A DNA stretch of 64,000 nt from Thermincola ferriacetica (lineage in GTDB: Bacteria; Bacillota; Thermincolia; Thermincolales; UBA2595). Under the pieces are notes generated by a model that did not search any database, had not been told where the DNA came from, and saw only the letters and a program-made list of their open reading frames with translations. Of this stretch, positions 1 through 8,555 are shown one piece after another. Location of the stretch: positions 13,655 to 77,654 of the forward strand of contig JAENZJ010000015.1 of NCBI GenBank assembly GCA_016841325.1, given 5' to 3'. Each line of letters begins with the position of its first letter. The stretch's first letter is position 1. The position numbers and the translations under genes were made by a program.

Positions 1-263
1 GTATACCCCAGGCCAAAGGCTGTGGTCACAGCTGCCAGCCAGCCAACTATCTCAGTAGTTCCGGCGTATGGAGCCGATATTTCCCGGGCCACGGCATTGC
101 CTACAACAGTAAGTACCATTAGCATCAGGCTGCAGCCGGCTATACAGGCCAGCCCTGTATTCAGGTACCTGCTGAGGCTGTCAAGCCGGGACACGGCCTC
201 ACTGCTCCTTGCGCTGTTCCTTTCACTGATAATTTCCTCTTCCAAAACCCCCACTGTATTCAC
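1..263 (-). CDS. dctQ: TRAP transporter small permease (DctQ family), 5' part, runs off window start
   Basis: Manual translation from GTG at 263: MNTVGVLEEEIISERNSARSSEAVSRLDSLSRYLNTGLACIAGCSLMLMVLTVVGNAVAREISAPYAGTTEIVGWLAAVTTAFGLGY. Hydrophobic helices with a P..G..E..L motif; lies directly downstream of dctP. Confidence 0.8.
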   Translation of the reverse strand, partial: MNTVGVLEEEIISERNSARSSEAVSRLDSLSRYLNTGLACIAGCSLMLMVLTVVGNAVAREISAPYAGTTEIVGWLAAVTTAFGLGY

Positions 264-282
264 CCCCAAAATTCCTTATGCC

Positions 283-1344
283 TTACTCCTCTGCCTCCGC
301 TGTTGAATTACTGTACTTATCGATCAGCTCATAAATCCTCTTTTGATATTCCCTGGCCGGATATCCCTTGCCTTCAATTTCCGTGACATAGTCATCCTGA
401 ATCGGTTTGAGTAACTGGTCCCATCTTGCTTTTTCCTCAGGTGTCAGGGTTGTCATCTGGAGCCCGTATTCCTGTTTGCTCCATTCAAGGGCATCCTGGA
501 CATGATTATCCATGTACTCTCCGGTCCATACCGCCATTTCACCGCTGAGTTCATCAATTACCTTTTGTACATCAGGAGGCAGGGATTCCCACACATCCTT
601 GTTCATTACTGCAACAAAAGTGGTGATTGTCAATGGATATTCAGTGGTATACCTGGCATTTTCAGCAAGCTTCAGGTCTTTGAGGACTTCCCTGGAACTG
701 ACCAGTCCTTTGACAATTCCTGTCTGCAGTGCTTCGGGTACTTCAGACATGGACATCCCCACAGGAGCGGCCCCCAGTTCTTCCAAAACAGGGGTCAGTG
801 CGCCTGAAATCCTCAACTGGCGTCCCTTCAGGTCTTCCAGTCTGGCCACCGGTTCGGTGACCATCAGGTGGGCCGGTTCGGTGGCAAATGCGGTGATAAT
901 CTTATAATCCTTAAAGGCTTCGGGTGGGTACTCCTTCACCAGGTCAAAGACCACCTGGCTGGCAACCCTGGAATTGGGGAACCCTGAAGGCAAATCTGCA
1001 ACTGCCATCAGCGGAAACCGTCCCGGTTCATATGTAGTGCAGGACAGGCCAATCTCGGCAACCCCGTCCCTGACACCGTCATACATGTTTTTGTCTGTCA
1101 GCAGTGTGCCCCCATGGAATAAATCCACCTTGACCTTACCATTGGTCCTTTTTTCAAGTTCTTCCTTCCATTTTTCCATCTGCTTCGCAGGGAAGGTGGT
1201 CGCCGGAGCAAAAAATGCATATCTCAGGGTAATTTGCTGCCCGTCACCGGCAGCCCCCTTTTCTCCTGAACCACAGCCGGAAAAAATGATACCGGCAGCA
1301 AGGAAAGTTACCAAAATTACAGTTAACACAATTCTCTTTTTCAA
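283..1344 (-). CDS. dctP: TRAP transporter substrate-binding lipoprotein (DctP family)
   Basis: Lipoprotein signal (IIFSGC); motifs GVRDGVAEIG, LEDLKGRQLRISG (carboxylate-binding Arg region), EALQTGIVKG; RBS AAGGAGG upstream of TTG. Confidence 0.92.
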   Translation of the reverse strand: MKKRIVLTVILVTFLAAGIIFSGCGSGEKGAAGDGQQITLRYAFFAPATTFPAKQMEKWKEELEKRTNGKVKVDLFHGGTLLTDKNMYDGVRDGVAEIGLSCTTYEPGRFPLMAVADLPSGFPNSRVASQVVFDLVKEYPPEAFKDYKIITAFATEPAHLMVTEPVARLEDLKGRQLRISGALTPVLEELGAAPVGMSMSEVPEALQTGIVKGLVSSREVLKDLKLAENARYTTEYPLTITTFVAVMNKDVWESLPPDVQKVIDELSGEMAVWTGEYMDNHVQDALEWSKQEYGLQMTTLTPEEKARWDQLLKPIQDDYVTEIEGKGYPAREYQKRIYELIDKYSNSTAEAEE

Positions 1345-1415
1345 CTTTCTACCTCCTTAGTGCTTTGGTTAAAATTAAATTTTACCCGTGTTTTCCGGGA
1401 AAATGTTTTCCGGGA

Positions 1416-1447
1416 AAAACAAAAACCAGCACTCAAATGAGTGCTGG
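1416..1447 (-). terminator. Intrinsic terminator in the dctP 5' leader (attenuator terminator)
   Basis: mRNA CCAGCACUCA-UU-UGAGUGCUGG (perfect 10-bp stem, 1426-1447) followed by UUUUUGUUUUU. Confidence 0.8.
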
Positions 1448-1467
1448 CATAATCCTTTTAAATACAG

Positions 1468-1523
1468 CTAACTCATCTCAGCTATTCCTGACTCATCTCA
1501 ACACTTATATCTCAACTCAACTG
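1468..1523 (-). promoter_or_regulatory. Putative MtrB (trp RNA-binding attenuation protein) binding site, 11 NAG repeats
   Basis: mRNA CAG-uu-GAG-uu-GAG-auau-AAG-uguu-GAG-au-GAG-u-CAG-gaa-UAG-cu-GAG-au-GAG-u-UAG (6 GAG, 2 UAG, 2 CAG, 1 AAG). Confidence 0.7.
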
Positions 1524-1554
1524 ACCCGGGTTTCCTGTCTCCCGGTTAATTAAA

Positions 1555-1584
1555 AGTTTACCATGGTACAAAAGCCCCTGTCAA
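1555..1584 (-). promoter_or_regulatory. SigmaA-type promoter of the TRAP transporter operon
   Basis: TTGACA (1584-1579), 18 nt spacer, TAAACT (1560-1555), with TG extension. Confidence 0.7.
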
Positions 1585-1591
1585 CAACTAT

Positions 1592-2569
1592 TTAACTGAT
1601 TTTTTTCTTCTCAGCAATGGCATTGCTCCACTTCCCGCACTTGTCATTCCAGCGGGCCAGGATGTTTTTGCGGTCCCTGATCTCTATTACTTCACACAGG
1701 TTAGGACAGTCTTTACATTCAAAACTGGCAGCCTCAAACATTTCTTCAGCCACTTCAAATCCTCTAAATGACGTGGTTCCGGTTTTCCTGACCGCATCTC
1801 TGGCCAGGATGGCTGCACCGACAGCTCCCATGACATCATAGTGTTCCGGGATGATAACCTCAACTCCCAGCGCTTTTTCAAATGCCTGTTTAATCCCGAT
1901 ATTGGCCGCCACACCACCCTGGAAAATAACCGGCTCCAGAATCTCCTTACCTTTGCCCACATTGTTGAGATAATTCCGCACCAGGGCATCACAAAGACCT
2001 GCCAGGATATCAGGCAGATTATGCCCCATCTGTTGTTTGTGGATCATATCAGATTCAGCAAAAACAGAACACCTTCCGGCAATCCGTACCGGGTTGCCGG
2101 CCTTTAAAGCAATATCTCCAAATTCCTCTATCGGGATATTGAGCCTTGCGGCCTGCTGGTCCAAAAATGAACCGGTCCCTGCCGCACAAACGGTATTCAT
2201 GGCAAAATCAGCCACTACACCGTTCCTCAGGATGATTATCTTGGAATCCTGGCCGCCGATTTCCAGTACCGTCTGGACCCCCGGGACCAGGCTGGAGGCT
2301 GCAATAGCGTGGGATGTAATCTCATTTTTCACCGAGTCGGCCCCGACAATAATACCAGCCAGGTGCCTGCCGCTGCCGGTTGTCCCTACCCCTTCGATTT
2401 TCATGCCCTCAGGAATCCTCTCCCTGATATACTCCAGTCCCTTCTGGACAGCATTTATCGGCTGTCCCTGGGTCCGGATATACAAAGAATCACATACCCT
2501 TTCATCCTCATCAAGAAGCACAATATTGGTACTGACAGAACCAACATCTATACCTAAATATCCGCACAT
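1592..2569 (-). CDS. 2-hydroxyacyl-CoA dehydratase activase (BadF/BadG/BcrA/BcrD ATPase, [4Fe-4S])
   Basis: GIDVGSVST, GTTGSGR, EIGGQDSK, MNTVCAAGTGSFL, GRCSVFAES, FQGGVAAN; C-terminal CxxCxxxC motif. Confidence 0.9.
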   Translation of the reverse strand: MCGYLGIDVGSVSTNIVLLDEDERVCDSLYIRTQGQPINAVQKGLEYIRERIPEGMKIEGVGTTGSGRHLAGIIVGADSVKNEITSHAIAASSLVPGVQTVLEIGGQDSKIIILRNGVVADFAMNTVCAAGTGSFLDQQAARLNIPIEEFGDIALKAGNPVRIAGRCSVFAESDMIHKQQMGHNLPDILAGLCDALVRNYLNNVGKGKEILEPVIFQGGVAANIGIKQAFEKALGVEVIIPEHYDVMGAVGAAILARDAVRKTGTTSFRGFEVAEEMFEAASFECKDCPNLCEVIEIRDRKNILARWNDKCGKWSNAIAEKKKIS

Positions 2570-3699
2570 ACCTGTTCTCCTTTCTTTTCAGAAGATTGTA
2601 ACACTGTGTTTTTTACTGTGTTTTTTTCCTTTTTCCTTGCCAGGAGGTCAACAAATGCTTCCAGCCTGGTCAGCACCCCGGCATCACCGGAATGTTCATC
2701 AACAATCAGGCAGAAGGTCGGAATACCCAGGTCCCGGCTCACTGTCGGAATAATGCTCTCAGCAACAATCTCCGGCATACAGGTGAATGGCTGTACCTGG
2801 ATAACCCCGTCATAGTTCCGGTTGGCAAAAAGGACTGTACTCCCAATAGTCTCCTGGCCATGTCCGCCAACAAAGTGGTTTACATAAGGAGGTGCATGTT
2901 TCCGGGCTTCTTTGCTGCCCTTGATCTTCAGCAGGCCCATGAACAGATGGTCATTGATCCATTCACTAAGGTAAATGGAACGCTCCACTTCCACCCCGAG
3001 CCGTCCCAGCTGTTTCTCCACCTCCAGGTTAACAAAAGGCTCCAGCATCACATAGATTTCTCCCACTATGCCGATTCTGACAACCTCGCGCCCATTATCC
3101 ACCGGAATGGCGTCAAGTTCCTGCCGGGCTTTGGAGATGGCATCTTTCAGTTCATTCCTGTCGTGGGCATCATCAATCCACTTCAGGGCCTTTTTATAAA
3201 CCACATCTGCCCTTCCCGGTTCATACTCCCTCGGCCTGATCCGGTGCAGGACATCCTCCACCTCATCCACTGCCCTGGCCTTGTGCCATCCAAACCGGAT
3301 GGCCCTGACAACATCTATCCAGGAGCTGCTTCCGGTTACCTCCCTTATTTTAATCAGGAGTTCCGAAATATGTTTCTGGGGCGGCTCCAGGACCACCATC
3401 TTCATTTTCAGACCCATGTCTTCCAGGATTTCTCTCTGCACCTGAGCATAGTACCCAAACCTGCAGGGACCGACCCCTCCGGCCATCAGGATGGTGTCAG
3501 CTCCCATTTCATATGCTTCAATGAAATTGCCCATATTAATTTTCAGGGGCAGGCAGGCAAATTCGGGTGAATGCTGGGTCCCCAGTGTCAGTGTTTTTTT
3601 GCTGGGCATCGGTGGGACAACGACTTCAACCCCCAGGGATGTCAAAACAGCTTTCAGGCAAATATACATATTACCCATATGGGGAAAGGTTACTTTCAT
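2554..3699 (-). CDS. CoA-substrate enzyme activase-related protein (DUF2229/HAD-fold subunit)
   Basis: SPEFACLPLK, GPCRFGYY, QPFTCMPE, DEHSGDAGVLTRLEAFVD; overlaps both neighbours. Confidence 0.75.
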   Translation of the reverse strand: MKVTFPHMGNMYICLKAVLTSLGVEVVVPPMPSKKTLTLGTQHSPEFACLPLKINMGNFIEAYEMGADTILMAGGVGPCRFGYYAQVQREILEDMGLKMKMVVLEPPQKHISELLIKIREVTGSSSWIDVVRAIRFGWHKARAVDEVEDVLHRIRPREYEPGRADVVYKKALKWIDDAHDRNELKDAISKARQELDAIPVDNGREVVRIGIVGEIYVMLEPFVNLEVEKQLGRLGVEVERSIYLSEWINDHLFMGLLKIKGSKEARKHAPPYVNHFVGGHGQETIGSTVLFANRNYDGVIQVQPFTCMPEIVAESIIPTVSRDLGIPTFCLIVDEHSGDAGVLTRLEAFVDLLARKKEKNTVKNTVLQSSEKKGEQVCADI

Positions 3700-4682
3700 T
3701 GGGCAGCCCTCCTCAACCTGATCATATCCACATATGCCTCCAGTCTGGTGATTATTCCCGCTTCACCTGTATGTTCATCAATGGTCAGGTTCAGGAACGG
3801 AATATTCCTCCTGCGGCGCAGGTGCCTTTCAATAATTTCTCCTGTAAAGGAATCCGGCCCGCAGCCAAAGGAAGCGACATGAATAATACCGTCAATGCTG
3901 TCTGATCTCATGTAATGAAATGCTGAACCGATCATTCGTTTGCCAAGGGTCCAAAACATCTTCTTGGGCAGTTCTGCAGACTTTTCTTCTATTATTGTTC
4001 CGGTAAGGTTATCGGGAGTAACAACCCTTACTCCCATATCCCTGAGTTTTTGAATCAGGTTCATGCTTATATATGAGTCATAGATATTATACCCGTGTCC
4101 GACCAGTGCGATTGTCATATCACCCTGCCGGGCCGGGGAATGGTTTTGGTTGAGCAGTCCCCGGCCCATCTGCTCGATAGCTTCATGTGGCAGGTACCCC
4201 AGGTGGTTCAGCCGGTGAAATCTCTCCTGTTCCTCAATTCCCCTGTTATATGCCTTCCTGATGGTCCTGGGGTTGGATGTGAATACCCGGCCCACTTCAG
4301 CAAATGCCTTAAAAAGATTTTTTTCACTGCGCGACACATTGACAGTTACATCCAGAATCGGCGGCAGGTCCGGAACATTATACCTGATCATATCGGGGAG
4401 GCCCAGGAACTTGGGACATATATATTCCTTCCGTTCCACACTTACCATCCGGGGGATAAATAGGTAATCAACCCTGTCCTTTAAGTCAAGTACGTGTCCG
4501 AAAAACAGTTTTACCGGCAGGCAGGCATCATCCACCGACTGCCTGACACCTTTGTCGAGTATGGCCTTGGTTGTATTTGATGATAAGATAACATCAGCTC
4601 CCAGAGCCCTGAAAAAACCGTTCCACATGGGGAAGTAATAATAAAACAGCAGCGCCCTGGGAATTCCAACTTTGACAGTCAT
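3696..4682 (-). CDS. CoA-substrate enzyme activase-related protein (DUF2229/HAD-fold subunit)
   Basis: VGIPRALLFY, ACLPVK, YICPKFLGLPD, SFGCGPD, DEHTGEAGIITRLEAY. Start placed at ATG 4682 behind an AAGGAGG RBS. Confidence 0.75.
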   Translation of the reverse strand: MTVKVGIPRALLFYYYFPMWNGFFRALGADVILSSNTTKAILDKGVRQSVDDACLPVKLFFGHVLDLKDRVDYLFIPRMVSVERKEYICPKFLGLPDMIRYNVPDLPPILDVTVNVSRSEKNLFKAFAEVGRVFTSNPRTIRKAYNRGIEEQERFHRLNHLGYLPHEAIEQMGRGLLNQNHSPARQGDMTIALVGHGYNIYDSYISMNLIQKLRDMGVRVVTPDNLTGTIIEEKSAELPKKMFWTLGKRMIGSAFHYMRSDSIDGIIHVASFGCGPDSFTGEIIERHLRRRRNIPFLNLTIDEHTGEAGIITRLEAYVDMIRLRRAAQ

Positions 4683-4809
4683 CCTTGCTTCAAACCTCCT
4701 TACTGCAATTGTTCCATCCGATGACATTTTAAGGACATGATTATAATGTCATAATTTAGTAAAAAACCCCAGCTCCTATTATTGACTGAGGTTTCTTTCT
4801 TTATACATC

Positions 4810-6342
4810 TTACTCACTGGCGTGGCTGCGTTTCCGTTTCTTTTTCAGCGGCTTGCGGGCGGCATTGAAGCTGGGCTGCCGGCTGGGGTCACGGGGTTTC
4901 AGGATACTGGGCCTGATATTATGCATGGGTACCGGGGATCTCAGGAAAACCGAAACCAATGCTTTACCGTTAAATGGTATCAGCGGCCACAGGTAAGGTA
5001 TCCCAAAGGGCCGGGTGAGCGCCAGCAGGAGGATAATCCCTGCTATACCGGCCAGCAGCCCGGGAAGCCCCAGCAGACCCACCATTATCAACAGGCCAAA
5101 CCTGAACAGCCTGTTGGCCAGGCCAAGTTCGTAACTGGGTGTGGCAAAGGTTCCTACAGCAGCTATAGCCATATATAATATGGTTTCCGGATTAAACAGT
5201 CCCACATTTATAGCCACATCCCCCAGCATAAAGGCAGCAATCAAACCCAGCGCGGTCGCCAGCGGCGAAGGGGTGTGGATAGCTGACATCCTCAGCATAT
5301 CAAGTCCCACTTCAGCTATCAGGAACTGCCAGATCAGCGGTATCTTGGCTATCTTCGAGGGACCGATAAACTTCAGTGACTCAGGCAGCAGCTGGGGATT
5401 ATTGGCAAACAGGTACCATAAAGGCAGCAGCAGTACCGAGCTTATCACTGCAATAAATCTCACCCACCTCAGGTATGCACCTACAGTCGCATTCTGCCTG
5501 TATTCCTCAGCATGCTGCAGGTGGTGGAAATATGTCGCCGGGGTAATAATCACACTTGGCGATGTATCCACAATTACGAGGACATGCCCCTCCAACAGGT
5601 GGACAGCGGCAACATCGGGCCTTTCGGTGTACCTCACCTGTGGCAGTGGATTCCAGTTTCCGGTTGTGATATATTCCTCAACTGACTTTTCGGCCATTGG
5701 CAGGCCGTCAATTTTTATGTCCTTAATCCTCGTTTTAATGGTCTCCACCAGTTCAGGATTGGCCACATCTTCGATATAGGCCACACAGATATCCGTCTTG
5801 GAACGTGCCCCTGCTGTCAGCAACTCAGTCCTCAGCCTGGGATCCCGTAACCTTCTCCTGAGGAGTGCGGTATTAAACAGAATTGTTTCAGTAAATCCGT
5901 CCCTTGACCCCCGGACAACCCGTTCAATGTCAGGTTCCTCCGGCCCCCTGGCAGGGTACTTCCTGGCCTCTATCAGAATTATTTCCGGCATCCCGTCAAC
6001 TATTAGGGCGATGAACCCGGCCAGTACCTTGGAAATCACGTCCTCCAGCTTATCAGTGGGCAGTGCCTTTACATAGGTGACATACCTTGAAACCAGCTTC
6101 TGCAGGGTATCAGGTACAATCTCATCTCTTTCCAGGCAGGCAAAATTCTGCATAATCTCAGCAATGGGAAGGTCATTAATCAGGCCGTCAACAAATATAA
6201 TGGCAGCCTTTTTACCGCCTATCCTGAACTCTCTCAGGGCAATATCATAACTCTTGCCGATACCCAGTCCTTTTTTGAGTATTTCGAGGTTTTCCTCATA
6301 TTTTTTGCTGACATCATGTATAGGAGCCATTGTTTCGGTCAT
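4810..6342 (-). CDS. spoVAF: Stage V sporulation protein AF / GerA-family spore germination protein
   Basis: VVRGSRDGFTE, PQVRYTERPD, VDTSP motifs plus C-terminal TM block; follows spoVAEa. Confidence 0.85.
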   Translation of the reverse strand: MTETMAPIHDVSKKYEENLEILKKGLGIGKSYDIALREFRIGGKKAAIIFVDGLINDLPIAEIMQNFACLERDEIVPDTLQKLVSRYVTYVKALPTDKLEDVISKVLAGFIALIVDGMPEIILIEARKYPARGPEEPDIERVVRGSRDGFTETILFNTALLRRRLRDPRLRTELLTAGARSKTDICVAYIEDVANPELVETIKTRIKDIKIDGLPMAEKSVEEYITTGNWNPLPQVRYTERPDVAAVHLLEGHVLVIVDTSPSVIITPATYFHHLQHAEEYRQNATVGAYLRWVRFIAVISSVLLLPLWYLFANNPQLLPESLKFIGPSKIAKIPLIWQFLIAEVGLDMLRMSAIHTPSPLATALGLIAAFMLGDVAINVGLFNPETILYMAIAAVGTFATPSYELGLANRLFRFGLLIMVGLLGLPGLLAGIAGIILLLALTRPFGIPYLWPLIPFNGKALVSVFLRSPVPMHNIRPSILKPRDPSRQPSFNAARKPLKKKRKRSHASE

Positions 6343-6908
6343 TTTTCCCTCTCACTCCTGTTAAGTATTTCTAACAGCGCCTTGGTTGTAATGGGGGCAC
6401 CCTTGTGATAATCATCGGCAAAATCCATTTTTCCGGTATCTCCGGTACCGATAATCACCGGCACATCCAGCTGGTTAAGGACATCGACAGTATCACCCTC
6501 CAGATATTTATGCCCGAATTCCTCAGGCAGGCCCAGCTTATTGACAGGACCATCCACAACATTACCGTCATAAGCAACCGATTCATCTACCTTAACCCCT
6601 TCGGTGGATGCTGTATTGGAAGCAACGGCAACAGCGCCGATAACGTTGATATCCGGATGTTCTGCCACATACTTCAATATCCTTTCACCACAGCCGGGGC
6701 CGCTTTTACCCTTGTCATCAACCATGATTACTACCGGGTCTGTCGGGGTCTGTTTAATCAGTTTAACAACCTCCGGCCCTGAGATAGGGGTCGGGTTGCC
6801 CGTAGTCAGTGAGATAAACCGGGCCCCGATATTTCTGGCCGCCACCTGAACTGTCCTCCCGGCCACCAGGTCTCCGTCTGTGACCACGATAACTCTTTTC
6901 CTATTCAA
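6339..6908 (-). CDS. spoVAEa: Stage V sporulation protein AE (SpoVAEa type)
   Basis: VIVVTDGD, GNPT, DPVVIMVDD, GAVAVASNT, GDTVDVL, KGAPIT match recalled B. subtilis SpoVAEa motifs. Confidence 0.88.
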   Translation of the reverse strand: MNRKRVIVVTDGDLVAGRTVQVAARNIGARFISLTTGNPTPISGPEVVKLIKQTPTDPVVIMVDDKGKSGPGCGERILKYVAEHPDINVIGAVAVASNTASTEGVKVDESVAYDGNVVDGPVNKLGLPEEFGHKYLEGDTVDVLNQLDVPVIIGTGDTGKMDFADDYHKGAPITTKALLEILNRSEREK

Positions 6909-6927
6909 AAAAATATCACCCCAAAGA

Positions 6928-6956
6928 TATTATCTGTCTCCGGCTGAAAATTATGC
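6928..6956 (-). promoter_or_regulatory. Possible sigmaG/sigmaF-type forespore promoter for spoVAEa-spoVAF
   Basis: GCATA (6956-6952), 17 nt spacer, GATAATA (6934-6928). Confidence 0.45.
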
Positions 6957-7113
6957 CCGTGAGGTGAAAAGAGACATTTTGATTATGATAAATATCACAC
7001 TTTGAAAAAAGCTCTTTAACATATTTTGCAGGTTGCCGGATGTTATCATTGGTAATAGAATTTAAATTGTGATTAAAAGAACTAATATTGAATCAGGAGG
7101 TGCACCTGTCACA

Positions 7114-8121
7114 ATGAATTTTTTATCAAAACGAAACATAGGATTAAGAAATTATGTCCAGGGATTTTTCGTCTTGCTTTCGCTGTATATAGGCTGGCAG
7201 TTTATTGGCTTTTACCGGTTCCTGGAATCATCAGGTCTTTCCGGAAACCCTGTCCGTCCACCGGGGGTTGAGGCCTTTATCCCCCTGAGCGCCCTGGTCG
7301 GGCTGCGTTCCTGGCTGGGAACCGGAGTATATGATTACGTCCATCCTGCGGGGGTTACCTTGCTGATTGCTGCCATACTCATTTCATTTCTGTTCCGCAA
7401 GTCTTTCTGCAGCTGGATCTGCCCGTTCGGATTTCTGGAAGAAATACTGGGCCGCATCGGGGTCAAACTGTTTGGCAAAAAAATAAGGATGCCCCGCTGG
7501 GTGGACATCCCCCTTAGAAGTCTCAAATATATTCTGCTGGCATTTTTTGTGGGCAGCCTGTTCCTGATGATGTCGCCCGAAGCAGCCACGTCTTTTATGG
7601 AGTCACCTTACAATAAGGTTTCTGACCTTAAAATGCTGGAATTTTTCCTTAATATCTCCATGACAGGTGTCCTTGTTTTCGCATTCCTGATCGTGATGTC
7701 AGTTATAATCGAAAACTTCTGGTGCCGTTATCTCTGTCCTTATGGCGCCCTGATGGGCATCCTGGGCTGGCTGAGCCCATCACGGATTTCCCGTAATGAA
7801 AACCTCTGTACCGGATGTGGTGCATGTGACCGGGCGTGTCCCGGAAAACTGGCTGTCAGCAGGGCCAAAAGTGTTATCAGCCCGGAGTGCAACAGCTGCC
7901 TGAGCTGTGTAGAAAAATGCCCCTCTGAAGGTGCCCTGGGATACCGCATCCCCGGAATCCCCCGTTCCCATAAACCGTTTTGGAACAAATACGGCCTTCA
8001 TGTAGCCATGCTGGGAGTATATTTTCTGATTATAGCTGCCGCCAGGGTAACCGGAAACTGGGTAACAACAGTAACTAATGAAGAATTCCAAATGCTGTAC
8101 AGTATGATGGATATGTTTTAG
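7114..8121 (+). CDS. Membrane 4Fe-4S polyferredoxin-like protein (NapH/YccM-like)
   Basis: TM helices; FCSWICPFG, FWCRYLCPYG, CTGCGACDRACP, CNSCLSCVEKCP. Start at ATG 7114 after AGGAGG; ORF is open from 7069. Confidence 0.85.
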   Translation: MNFLSKRNIGLRNYVQGFFVLLSLYIGWQFIGFYRFLESSGLSGNPVRPPGVEAFIPLSALVGLRSWLGTGVYDYVHPAGVTLLIAAILISFLFRKSFCSWICPFGFLEEILGRIGVKLFGKKIRMPRWVDIPLRSLKYILLAFFVGSLFLMMSPEAATSFMESPYNKVSDLKMLEFFLNISMTGVLVFAFLIVMSVIIENFWCRYLCPYGALMGILGWLSPSRISRNENLCTGCGACDRACPGKLAVSRAKSVISPECNSCLSCVEKCPSEGALGYRIPGIPRSHKPFWNKYGLHVAMLGVYFLIIAAARVTGNWVTTVTNEEFQMLYSMMDMF

Positions 8122-8498
8122 TTTACAGTAATCCTTTTGACCTTGTGATTTATTCTTCGCCACAGTAATATCCCTGCAAACACCAGGCCAAAAAGGATAA
8201 TATGCTTAAATATTAAAACCGGGACTATCCCCTTTTGTGCAGCCGGAAGCAATTCATAGCTGTTAAAGGCCAGGGCCCGGGGAATGCCGCCGGCCAGTAT
8301 CCAGACCAGCGAAAATAGGGCCAGGCGGGAAAAATACCGGTAGATCCTTAAAAAGAACTCTTTTTGTTCAGGTGGGCTGCCGGCATCAACCTGGCGTCCG
8401 ATATATGTCATCAGCAGGGTCAGTGAGATAACCATTGCAGTGGCCACATCATGCAGGTAATTGTTGAGGATGATCAGGTAACCAAGCACCATTTGCAA
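8118..8498 (-). CDS. Hypothetical membrane protein (about 3 TM)
   Basis: Hydrophobic 126-aa ORF with NNYLHD motif; its stop overlaps the stop of the convergent 4Fe-4S gene. Confidence 0.7.
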   Translation of the reverse strand: MQMVLGYLIILNNYLHDVATAMVISLTLLMTYIGRQVDAGSPPEQKEFFLRIYRYFSRLALFSLVWILAGGIPRALAFNSYELLPAAQKGIVPVLIFKHIILFGLVFAGILLWRRINHKVKRITVN

Positions 8499-8555
8499 CT
8501 CCTTTCACTGTTGTAATATATTTCTATATTACACAGCCGGAGTCGAATTCCTTCT

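Noticed and set aside
1426-1447. CIRCE (HrcA) element, because of CAGCACTC...GAGTGCTG
   Set aside because: The spacer is 4 nt rather than 9, the flanks are not TTAG/CTAA, and a U tract follows, so it is better explained as a terminator.
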